64,000 nt of DNA from Felis catus (Eukaryota): contig NC_058382.1 of assembly GCF_018350175.1 (NCBI RefSeq), forward strand, positions 60,576,001 through 60,640,000. Direction: 5' to 3'. This document shows positions 44,251 to 54,857 of this stretch, one piece after another. Under the pieces are notes generated by a model that made no database searches, had not been told where the DNA came from, and worked only from the letters and a program-made list of their open reading frames with translations. Each line of letters starts with the position of its first letter. Within the stretch, counting starts at the first letter, position 1. The position numbers were made by a program, and so were the translations under genes.

Positions 44251-45369
44251 GGGTGGGGGGAAGCAGGTGGGATCGGAGTGAAGCAGACCTGGATGTAGCT
44301 GCAGCCACCCCAGCCTCCTCCTCTGTGAACTGAGAGCCCTGCTCTCTCCTGGAAGTGCCAAGTGCAGGGCTCAGACGCCAGCACAGAAGAAATGACAGCC
44401 TTCCTCAGTAGCTGCTGCTTGGCCCATCCCTGAAGCAGAAGGAGGAGGGGGGGGTCCCCCTGTGCTGTCATCAGGCACGTAGACGGGATGGGGGCATAGG
44501 GACCACGGGTCACCTCCAGGCTGCAGGCTCCGGAGCCCGACCTTCCTCCAGCCATTGGTGCCTCGGAGTTTCAGGAGAGCAAGAAGGGCCTCGCTGCTCG
44601 GTCAGTGAACACGGATCACGGGCCCGCCCGGTGTCACGATGGTGTGCAAAGTGCAGGTGCAGGAGTGCGGTGAGCTGAGCAGGCGACGACGTCCTGGCCC
44701 AGGAAGGGGGGCCTTGCCTCAGGGCTGTCACACTGCTGCCTTTCCCTCCTGCCCAGTGACCAGAGCGGGACCAGAGCTCAGTGTTCCCGGGTCTCCCGCA
44801 CGGTGATCCTCAGAGACTTCAGCTGCCCAGCTCATCCACCTCTGGCCACGTGGCCCCAGCCTGCGTGTCGGGGACTAAGTTCTTCTGTGAATTATTTCAC
44901 TTATGCTCACGAGAGACCGCTGTCTTAAGCTGCCAAGGCAGCTCAATGGGGCATGCTCGGTGTCCTTCAGTTACCCCGGGAACCGGCCCAGTCTCACCAG
45001 GCATTCCCATCTGGAGAGAATGATCTGAGGCCGATGGCCCAGAGCTGGGGGCCGGCAAGTGTTTCCCGGCCCGGGACCTTTGGGAGCTGCCTGCTGAGGG
45101 GAGGGAGAGCTGGACCACGCCCCGTAATCACTGCTGGGGGATACTGCCCGTCCCCTCCTGATGTCTCTTTCTTCTCCCAGGGCCACTGTTTCTTTGTAAA
45201 GTTTTTCCGTTTGTTAAGAAATGTTTATTGCACATAAAGAACACAGATCATACAGTCATTTGAAGCATCAAAATATGGCCCCGCAGCCACCACCACTCAC
45301 TTGACACTAACCAGTCCTCTGACCACCGTCCCTCCTGGGTCTGCTCACCAGAATGCCAGTTGGTGGGTG

Positions 45370-46040
45370 GGCTGTGCTGTCCCTGTGTCCCTATCGCTGG
45401 TGGCCCTGTCATCCATGGCCCGGTCCCTGTGGCCCTGCTGTCCTTGTGGCCCTGTCCCTGTGACACTGTCCTTATGGCCCCACTGTCCCTGTGGCCCTGT
45501 CTCTGTGGCCCTGCTGTCTCTGTGACCTGGTCCCTGTGGCCCCCTCCCTGTGGTCCTATCCTGTGGCCCAGTCCCTGTGGCCCTGCTGTCCCTGTGGTTC
45601 TGTCCCTGTGGCCCTCTCCCTGTAGTCCTGTCCTGTGGCCCAGTCCCTGTGATCCTGTCCCTGTGGTCCTGTCCCTGTGGCCCAGTCCCTGTGGACCTGC
45701 TGTCCCTGTGGCCCTGTCATCTGGCCCGGTCCCTGTGGCCCTGTCCCTGTGATCCTGTCCCTGTGGTCCTCTCCCTGTGGTCCTGTCCTATGGCCTGGTC
45801 CCTGTGGCCCTGCTGTCCCTGTGGTTCTGTCCCTGTGGCCCTCTCCCTATAGTCCTGTCCTGTGGCCCTGTCCCTGTGTCCTGGTCCCTGTGGCCCTGTC
45901 CCTGTGGCCCGGTCCGTGTGGCCCTTTTGTCCCTGTGGCTCTGTCATATGGCCCGGTCCCTGTGGCCCTGTCCCAGTGATCCTGTCCCTGTGGCCCTGCT
46001 GTCCCTGTGGTCCTGTCCCTGTGGCCCGGTCCCTGTGGTG
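45370..46040. repeat. Tandem repeat of ~14-17 bp units (GTCCCTGTGGCCCT)n
   Basis: Dozens of CCCTGTGG cores in direct tandem; extreme strand asymmetry with very few A on the plus strand. Confidence 0.92.
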
Positions 46041-46769
46041 CTGTGGTCTTCTGAGCCTTGCTGTTTGCACACACGCTTCCGTCTGTAAGGACTGCACTGT
46101 CTTCTTTGCAGGACAGATTCAGTGTCACGGATCCAGCAGCAACCTGGCTGCAGCTGAGCATCTGAAACCGCCAAGTACCTGCTGACATCCCAGGAAGGTG
46201 AGAGGGTAGCGGGGTTGGGGACACAAACGGGAAAAGAAGCGTTTGAAGGGTGGGCATGCTCCAGACCGGCAGAGAAAGGGGCTTGGGCCACACTTGGCTT
46301 AAGGACTGGTACAGGGGTGCCCCCGGCCTCCACACTTTTCACACCTTCCAAAGTTACCCTTTCGTTCCGTCCCCACTCAGGAAGTAGCTGTGTGACCTTC
46401 TCATCATCACAAAACAGAGGCTCTACAGCCATTGGATCTTCTTCTAAGTTATCAGGGGAGGCAGGAGGCGACCCCACCCTCAGGAGATTGACAGCCTACC
46501 TGCGGAGATGAGGTAACTCCTAACGAGTAAACAGTGACACAGCAGAGACAGTGGCGTGCTGCTGGAGATGCTGTAAATACCGAGGTCCCACAGACCTGGA
46601 CAGAGGTCCGGCTTTCGGTCTGGAGATGACATGGTTGTAACTGTATCTTGAGCAAAGATATTTGCTGACATGGATGGATTGGAGCAGGGAGACGCCTAAG
46701 GTTATCACGGTAGTCTGTGACCACTCTTGTCTGTTGAGCCTGCACGGTGGTAGTTTGTGTCATCCGTCG

Positions 46770-48170
46770 TCTATAGTCTGTCACAGTCGATACCGTCTGT
46801 CATCTGTACACTCTGATGGTCCATACTGCCTGATACCCACAGACTATGATACCCCGTACCGTCTGTCATCTATGGAGGGTGATAGTCCGTACCGTCTGCC
46901 ATCTACAGATATGATAGTCCATACTGACTGTCATCTGTAGACCGTGATAGTCCGTAGCATCTGTGAAATACAGAGTGTGATAGTCCGTACCGTCCGTCAT
47001 CTATAGAGTATGGTAATCTGTACATCCGTGGAGTACGATAGTCCGTATAATCTGTCATCTACAGAGTATAATAGTCTATATCGTCTGTCATCTATAGAGT
47101 TTGATAGTCCGTACTGTCTGTCATCTATAGAGTCTCAAAGTCGGTACCATCCGTCATCTATAGACCATGATAGTCTGTACCATCTGTCAGCTGTAGAGTA
47201 TGATACTCCGGACTGTCTGCATCAATGGAGTGTGATAGTCGATACCATCTGTCAACTATAGAGTAGGATAGTCTAATCATCTGTAGAGTCGACTGTAGAG
47301 TACGATAGACTATACCATCTGTCATCTAGAGACTCTGATAGTCCATACCATCTGTCGTCTCTAGACCATGATAGTCTATACTGTCTGTCATCTATGGACT
47401 ATGACAATGTATACCGTCTGTCATCTACAGAGTATGATAGAGTATATCATCTGTCCTCTACATAGTGTGATAGTCCATACCATCTGTCATCTATAGACCA
47501 TGATAGTCTTTACCATCTGTCATCTACAGAGTGTGACAGTCTAGACCATCTGTCATGTGTAGAGTATGTGAGTCCACACCATCTGTCATCTACAGAGTAT
47601 GATAGTCCATACAGTCTGTCGTCTGTAGATCATGATAGTCTATACTATCTGTCATCTGTGGACTATGACAATATACACCATCTGTCACATGTAGAGTCTG
47701 ACAGTCGATACCATCTGTCATCTCCAGAGTGTGATAGTCCATACTGTCATCTATACACCATGATAGTCTACACTATCTGTCATCTGTGGACTATGACAAT
47801 ATACACCATCTGTCACGTGTAGAGTCTGATGGTCTATACCACGTTCATCCAGGGAGTATGACATTCCATGCCATCTGTCAGCTACAGACTATGACAGTCC
47901 GTACTATCTGTCACGTACTGAACGTGAGCTTGTATCATCCGTGGACGCTGATAGTCTGTATCGTCTACTACCTGGAGACGTGATCGTCTGTATCCTCTAT
48001 AGACTGATCATCTGGATCATCTGTCATTTATTGGCAAACTGTGATGGCCTGTGTCATCAGATTGTAGGCTGTGATATCGTGTGTCATCTGTCCTCTGTAG
48101 ACTGATGTTGTATCATCTGTAGACTGCAGTAGTTCGTATCATCTGTCTGTATACCGTGTGGTCTGTGACT
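46770..48170. repeat. AT-rich 33-bp tandem array, roughly 40 degenerate units (TATGATAGTCCATACCATCTGTCATCTATAGAG)
   Basis: Units visible by eye; occasional 1-nt and multi-nt indels. Confidence 0.92.
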
Positions 48171-49445
48171 TCTGTCTTCTCTTGTGACACAGACCATGGT
48201 GTCTATAATGGAAGTTCCGGACCAGTATTGGAGGGTCAGTAAAGGGAATCTGAGGCCTTGAGAAGTGTGTAGGAAGAAAGAGGACATGTGTTGAAGCCTG
48301 GAGGTAGAGACTAGGGGACGAGACACGTGAACAATCACGGCAAATTCCACTCCTCAGGGCAAATTCCGCTCCTGAGCGTTCTAGAAAGTGCCAGTAACCG
48401 ATCTGACAGAAGGCATCCCGTGGTTGCCTGGGATGGGGCTGAGGGCTGGGTAGGAGAACTGCGGCATGAGGAAGCTGGGCGGGTCGTATGTCTGCTGCAT
48501 CGAGTGGGCAATGGTGTCACGGGTGCGCACAGGTGTCCCGGCACATCTCCTCGTGCACTCAACGTTGGACGGTTGGCCGTGTGCCAGTCACGCCTCAGTC
48601 CGGCCGCCTGGTGACACCACCGCTTTCCGTCTGAAGCACCAGGTGAGGGGCTATGAACTGAGGGGTGTGGTCACTGTCTGCTGTAGACTTACTGCCCTGA
48701 GTGGGTTCTTGCAGATGTCAGAGGACAGACGGATGTTGTCTTTGCCAAACTGCTCATCTAAAAATATTCGCCCTTTGGTTTCCGAACCAAAATGCGCTCT
48801 TTGAACCAGGCCTGGATACATTGACCCCCGAGTCAGATGCCGGCGAAGGCGGCACAGGGTGGCAGAGCGAAGGTGACTTTGGGGGAGGGAGGAACATGTC
48901 ACCATGGAAACGGTGGGTGCCGGGCTCCGCCCATCCGGAGGCTTATGTTTACCTATGTCCTTGTTACCTCTCCTCGGACACAGGACCCGCAGTGACATTG
49001 TGGGGCTGCACGCAAGGTGAAAGTGTGGTCTCGTGTTCGAGGCGTAGGCAGAATTTCGAGACGAGCCCAGCAGGGCATCTCCCTGTGCACGTGGCCTTCC
49101 ACGGGGTCGGCCCCCCCGACAGAGCGCCTGGGAGGGAACGGCTTCTGCCCACGCCTTCGCCTTCGCCGCCCCTGTCTGCGTGGTCCCAGCTCCTCCTCTT
49201 GAGATCAGCGGCGTTTTCTCAGAACCGTGGGGTCCCACTCATAGACACCCGTGTCGGCTGTGACGCAGGAAGAGAGATCAGGCTTGAATCTCCACCCTCC
49301 TCTGGCCGCTGGCTGCTCCGTTCCCACCAGGCCCTTCCTTTGGGGCCTGTTTGAGGCGCCGTGTCTGCCATGGAGCAGGTACCTACTGTCTCCTCTCGTC
49401 CGTCAGCAGAGAGAGCACAAAACAGGACTTTACTTACAGGCTTTT

Positions 49446-49645
49446 TAAGTTTATGTATTTATTTTGAGAGAGAGAGAGAGAGAGAGGCGGGGAGGGCAGA
49501 GAGAGGAGAGAGAGAGAATCCCAAGCAGGCTCCACACTGGCAGCACAGAGCCCGACACAGGGCTCGAACTCGCGAACCACGAGATCGTGGCCTGAGCCAA
49601 AACTGGGAGTCAGATGCTTAACCGACTGAGTCATCCAGGTGCCCC
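49446..49645 (-). mobile_element. CanSINE
   Basis: TSD TTACAGGCTTTT at 49434-49445 and 49649-49660. Confidence 0.9.
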
Positions 49646-50161
49646 TATTTACAGGCTTTTAATCCATTTTCTTTTGTTTACGCTTAAGGTTTGTCTTGGG
49701 GCTACGTGAGGTGCAGGGTGATGGGGGGTGCGGTGACGGGGGTGTGGTGCTGAGGACGAGGAGGGGGCAGACGTGGATTTCTGAGCCCGGTCCAGGGAAA
49801 GCCAGCGGCTGCCTGTCCTGATGTCGGGGAGACTGAGGCACTGCCCCGACCGGTACCCTACCCATCCCCGCAGAGCAGAGCTGTGGTCTCCAGCAAGATA
49901 GGAGCGTGAGGGTTCTGGGGTCCGGGGGAGGCTGCCTGGTTCAGGTCCTGGTCCCGCCGTGTTGCAGCCGGGGGCCCCCGAGCGGGTGAGTCCTCCTCCC
50001 GTGCCTGTGCTCCCTGCCCTGAACTGGAGCTAGGACAGCGCCAGCCTCAGAGCCCAAAGGTCTGACTCCGGGAAGGCTGCTCACAGCACACGGGCACCTA
50101 AGGGGCCACATCTGTGTTCCACTGTTGACATCAGATTACACGGTTTTAAAAAGGGGGCTGA

Positions 50162-50388
50162 GGGGCGCCTGGGTGGCGCAGTCGGTTAAGCGTCCAACTT
50201 CGGCCAGGTCACGATCTCGCGGTCCGTGAGTTCGAGCCCCGCGTCAGGCTCTCGGCTGATGGCTCGGAGCCTGGAGCCTGCTTCCGATTCTGTGTCTCCC
50301 TCTCTCTCTGCCCCTCCCCTGTTCATGCTCTGTTTCTCTCTGTCCCAAAAATAAAATAAAACATTGAAAAAAAAATTAAAAAAAAAAA
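50162..50388 (+). mobile_element. Young CanSINE
   Basis: ggggcgcctgggtggcgcagtcggttaagcgtcc...; flanked by aaaa(g)nctgag on both sides (TSD with G-run slippage). Confidence 0.92.
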
Positions 50389-50399
50389 GGGGGGGCTGA

Positions 50400-50760
50400 G
50401 TTGTCCTCTGAAAATTTGCATGTTGCCATCTTGACTCCCAGGACCTCGAGGTGTGACTTTATTTGGAGACAGGGTCTTTGAAGTGGCGATTAAGTTAAAA
50501 TGAGGTCAGCAGGATGGACCCTGATCCCAGTGACTGAGGGAGAGAAGGAAATCAGGCACAGATGTGCTCTGAGGGAGGGCCACATGAGGACACAGAGAGA
50601 CGATGCCTGTCTGCAGGCCACGGGGGCCTCAGCAGGGACATGTTCATTGCGAGCCTGTAGCCCCAGGACTGGGAGAGAATAAGTGTCTGAGCTCTAAGCC
50701 CCCACCTGTGGGGCTTTGTTATGGCGGCCCCAGCAAGTTGTTCAGGAGCTATGACACACT
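50400..50760 (+). mobile_element. MLT1-type solo LTR
   Basis: gtgactttatttggagacagggtctttgaag...aagttaaaatgaggtc...ggactgggagagaataag...ctttgttatggcggcccc. Confidence 0.75.
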
Positions 50761-51951
50761 GTAGTCTCCAAATACTCGGGAAGGGGCGCTCACAGGTATT
50801 CACGCATCCTTCACCGCAGACTCTGGCAGGGGCCTCCGTCACGGCTCTCACCACCTCACACACACCCCTGCACGCACCTGCCGGCATCTGCCTGCCGGTC
50901 TTTCCCTGAAAGGTTTATGGTTCCAGCCGGAACAGTGTGAGGTCTCTCAGCGTAAACCGGAAGCCCCAGAGCCGTGAGCCCCAGAGTGTGGAGGGCCGTG
51001 GCCTGGGTGCCGTGCTGGGCAGGTTACCTGCTACCCGTTCGGCCCCCAAGTCCAAGTGTTAGTGACGACGTCACACCTGGCTCCGGAGAAACCCTTTCCC
51101 AGGCTGCCTTTGGACTCGTCACTTCCCGGCCGCTGCCCTTCGGCTTCCCCCATCTGTGTCCTTCCTGTGTTTTCCGTCTTGTTTCTCAAAGCCCGGCCAG
51201 CCCGCTGAGATTCGGAGCGTCCTGCTGTCCTCACACGGCTTTGCCGCCCCTTCTCTTCCCCTCGGCAGGGGTGAGGAGAACCCGGGGTCCCACACTCTGG
51301 TCGCAGAACCCCCAGGCGCTCCCCTTCCTGCACATCCTCCTGGCCCTCCGACCATCTCACCCAGGCCTGTGTCCCAGTTTAAAAAACCCTCTGCCCTCCT
51401 AATCTGCCACCCTATTTCTGATTTCCAAGAGAGGAGAGCCCAGAATTTCTTACTGAGTAGCAATATGGTTTAAGATCACAGACCGTGAAGCCAGAGCGCC
51501 TGGACTTAAATCCCAGCCTCCACCGACATGCTGTGTGACGTGAGACACACTGCGTAACCTCTCTGGGCTTCCGTTTCCTCGCTTGTAGGAGAGGAGTAAG
51601 CTGACTGCTCCCTGGTGGAGGACAAAGCCCTTGGAAGGGCCATGTCAGTCCACGGTGAGCAGTCGTCATCATTAGTCCCAAACCGCTCACGTGGGTGCCG
51701 CCACCGCTCGGAAGAAAGCGTCTGCGTGGTTCAATCAGTGAGTGAGACACACAGCCTCCTCCCTGGCTTCCAGCCTCCCGCACTGTCCTGTGCCTCCGCC
51801 AGCCCGGATGAGCACAGCAGCCCGGGGCTGATCACGGTCATCAAGTTTGTGCTGAAGACAGCGGGTTCTTTTCCAGGGTCGAGAAAAGGCCACGATGGTG
51901 AAATAAGCCCCAGAAATGGACTGAAGAAAGCAGTAAATAAAGCCTGGATTA

Positions 51952-52292
51952 TTGCACTGCTGGAGGTAATGCCAACTGGGGCAGCTGCTCTGGAAAACAG
52001 TGTGGAGTTTCCTCAAAAAATTAAAAATAGAACTACCCTACGACCCAGCAGTTGCACGACTAGGCATTTACCCAAGGGATACAGGTGTGCTGTTTCGAAG
52101 GGACACATGCACCCCATTGTTTGTAGCAGCACTATCAACAGTAGCCAAAGTCTGGAAAGAGCCCAAATGTCCCTCGATGGATGAATGGATAAAGGACATA
52201 TGGTATATATAGACAATGGAGTATTACTCGGCAATCAAAAAGAATGAAATCTTGCCATTTGCAACTACATGGGTGGAACTGGAGAGTATTAT

Positions 52293-52323
<31 letters not shown>

Positions 52324-52869
52324 TTTCATTTATTTAATTTCGAGAGACAGTGACAGAGTGTGAGCAGGGTAGAGGCAGAGAAACAGGGAGACACAGGATC
52401 AGAAGCAGGCTTCAGGCTCCCAGCCGACAGCACAGAGCCTGACATGGGTCTCGAACCCACGACCTGTGAGATCATGACCTGAGCTGAAGTCAGATGCCCA
52501 ACCGACAGAGCCACCCAGGTGCCCCTAGAGGGTATTATGTTAAGTGAAATTAGAGAAAGACAGACATCCTATGACTTCGCTTGTGGAATTTAAGATACAG
52601 AACAGATGAACATAAGGGAAGGGAAGAGAAAAACGATATAAAAATGGAGGGGGACGAAACATCAGAGACTCTTAAATACGGAGAACAGACAGGGTTGCTG
52701 GAGGGGAGGGGGGAGGGCTAAATGGGCAAGGGGCATTGAGGAGGGCGCTCGGGGTGAGCACTGGGCGTCACACGTAGGGGATGAATCACTGGCTCTACTC
52801 CTGTATCATTACCGCACTATGTGCTAACTAGCTTGGATGTAAATTAAAAATTAATTCATGAAAAGAAGC
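51952..52869 (+). mobile_element. Carnivore L1 3' end with a minus-strand CanSINE inserted (~52293-52525)
   Basis: VWSFLKKLKIELPYDPAVARLGIYP..WKEPKCPSMDEWIK; TSD AAAGCCTGGATTA 51939-51951 / AAAGCCTGGTTTA 52870-52882; SINE TSD gagrgtattatgtt. Confidence 0.9.
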
Positions 52870-53439
52870 AAAGCCTGGTTTAGACGAGCCACGCCCTGCT
52901 GTCCCCGTCTGTCCCCTCCTTCCTTTGAAGATTGTCAGGCACCTGTTGTGATCAGATACAGGCCAGCCATGCGGGGCGCCGAGCCGCCCCCGCAGGGTGG
53001 CGCTTGTGGGAAAAGGTGGCCTCCCACGTGCTGCCAAGGGTCGTGGTATTGAACTTGAGGCTGTGGGAGCCGGCCAGGCTGGAGGAAGGTGTGGCAGGGG
53101 AGTGGGGGAGGGGGCCAGGGAGCAGGGACTCCCTCGGGGTGGACCCGGGGCGGTCTCTCACTCTGCACGTGTGGGATGGAGTCACGTGGCCGCAGGGATT
53201 TGTTTCCGGAGTCCGTGGGCAAAGGCAGAAACACAGGTGGTCTCAGTTACCCCAAATGGCCCCTGAATGTCACCCGTGCAGCAGAGCGGAGGCTCTCACC
53301 ACGCCCGGTCCAGGGCGTGTGCCACCGGCCGTTTGTGTCTGTCCCGGAAGGCCACACGGCGCGTGTTCTCCAGCCTCGTGTCCCAGCGCTTCTGCGCTCC
53401 AGGCCAGCAAAGCACCCGCGGGCTGTTCGTGTGTGGGGT

Positions 53440-54380
53440 GCATGTTAGGGATTAAAACTGGTGGTGCGTTAAAGATTTGCTGTGTCCGTTCATTTAAAAT
53501 CGTCGATAAGCCCGTCACGTGCTAACATATTTGGGTGAAAAATCACTGTCTCCTGAAACAAAGTTGTGGGAGGGTGGCGTCGCTCCGCATGTTTGCAGAT
53601 CTGGGTGTCTGGTCTCCCGGCCGTCCCTGTCGCCGCCACGGTGCGTGGCTTGGGGTGTGCGCGTCCCCGCACAGCGCTGGAAACGCGCCCGAACGGCGCC
53701 CGTGTCTCGTCTCTGGTGGCACGCCAGACCTCAGCCTGTGGCTCTGCCTCCAGAGTGGCTGTGATTGGCACGTGATGGCCGCCGTCGTGCGAACGCTTCC
53801 CGCGTCCGTTCCACCAAGACCGTCTCCTGCCCGGGGTCTGCGGCCCAGGCCAGACCGTGTAGCGTCCTCATGGGTCATGGGGAAAATACCGGTTTGCTGA
53901 TTTATCCAGAACTTCCACATGTTGGCGTTTCATTGTATAAGTAAAAAAATGATGTTCTCGTCAGAAAAGGCTTCAATCTTGGAAAGCTGCCCAAAGATGA
54001 AAGGCTTCCAGAATTGTCATCGTCTCTTAAAAGTGTTAATATTACCGTGGCCGAGAAGGACCGTCACTCTCACCAGGTTCTGCTTGGAGAAGACGCCTGC
54101 AGGTGCCTGGCCTGGGCCCCCGTGGGTGTCCCGTGAGCATGCCCTCCCCAGAGGGGACCTTCGCGCCCCAGTGGGAGTGAGGGGCTCTGTGGACACTTCT
54201 CATTTCTTCACTGAGAATGTTACAGGGACCCGGACGCTGGCACTTAGTAAGACCCAGGCCGGTGCTCAGCCGTATTGGTTTTCCGTGAGCGGGTGGAGGT
54301 GACGTGCCCGGGCACCGGGGCGGTGACGCCAGCCCCACGTGCGTCTCGCGGAGGGCAAGTCTGCAGAGCACTTATGTACT
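53440..54380. mobile_element. Charlie1-like hAT DNA transposon fossil
   Basis: aagcccgtcacgtgctaacata...; ggtcatggggaaaataccggtt...acttccacatgttgg..tttcattgtata...ctcgtcagaaaagg...ttggaaagctg resemble Charlie1 internal sequence (recalled). Confidence 0.6.
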
Positions 54381-54614
54381 GTTGGCACAGGGGCATGTTC
54401 TGCGAGAGCAGGAGGGAGACAGCCGTCACCAAGATAGCGACAGGGAGCCACAGCTCATCCGACGCCCAGCAAAGGGGCTGGCAGCGGGATCCGGCCTGGG
54501 ACAGTCCTCGATCCCAGCCTCTCTTTGGCCGATGTGAGACACTGGCATTCCCAAGGTCGTGTGCAGATAGAGGGACCTGTGGCTCCAGGACCGCCCTCCT
54601 TACAGACTCTCATT

Positions 54615-54682
54615 TCTTTTTTGTTAATTTTTAAAAATATTTATTTACTTATTTTCGAGAGAGAGAGAGATTATGAGTGGAG

Positions 54683-54725
<43 letters not shown>

Positions 54726-54857
54726 GAGTCCCAAGTAGGGTCCCAGCTGTCCGCGCAGAGCCTGACGTAGGGCTCAAACCCACGAACTGTGAGATCATGA
54801 CCTGAGCTGGAGTCAAGAGTCAGACACTCCACCGACTGAGCCCCCTAGACGGTCCCC
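54615..54857 (-). mobile_element. CanSINE with expanded (GA)n
   Basis: TSD agactcycatttct on both sides. Confidence 0.88.

Noticed and set aside
45301..46185. Cys/Pro-rich ORFs resembling keratin-associated or cornified-envelope proteins
   Set aside because: All three frames give the same PCGP/VPVAL patterns because of the simple repeat; units are not multiples of 3 and there is no promoter or poly(A) context.
47010..47822. Plus-strand ORFs with YDSPYHLSS repeats as an intact gene
   Set aside because: Broken by 1-nt indels and TAG stops; the flanks give no coherent plus-strand frame or splice structure.
46770..48170. 33-bp array as a CRISPR array
   Set aside because: Units are head-to-tail with no unique spacers, there are no cas genes, and the context is mammalian.
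53880..54100. Protein-like minus-strand frame (GVFSKQNLVRV...QFWKPFIFGQLSKIEAF) as part of the candidate receptor
   Set aside because: Lies within the Charlie1-like transposon fossil, so it is better explained as transposase remnant.
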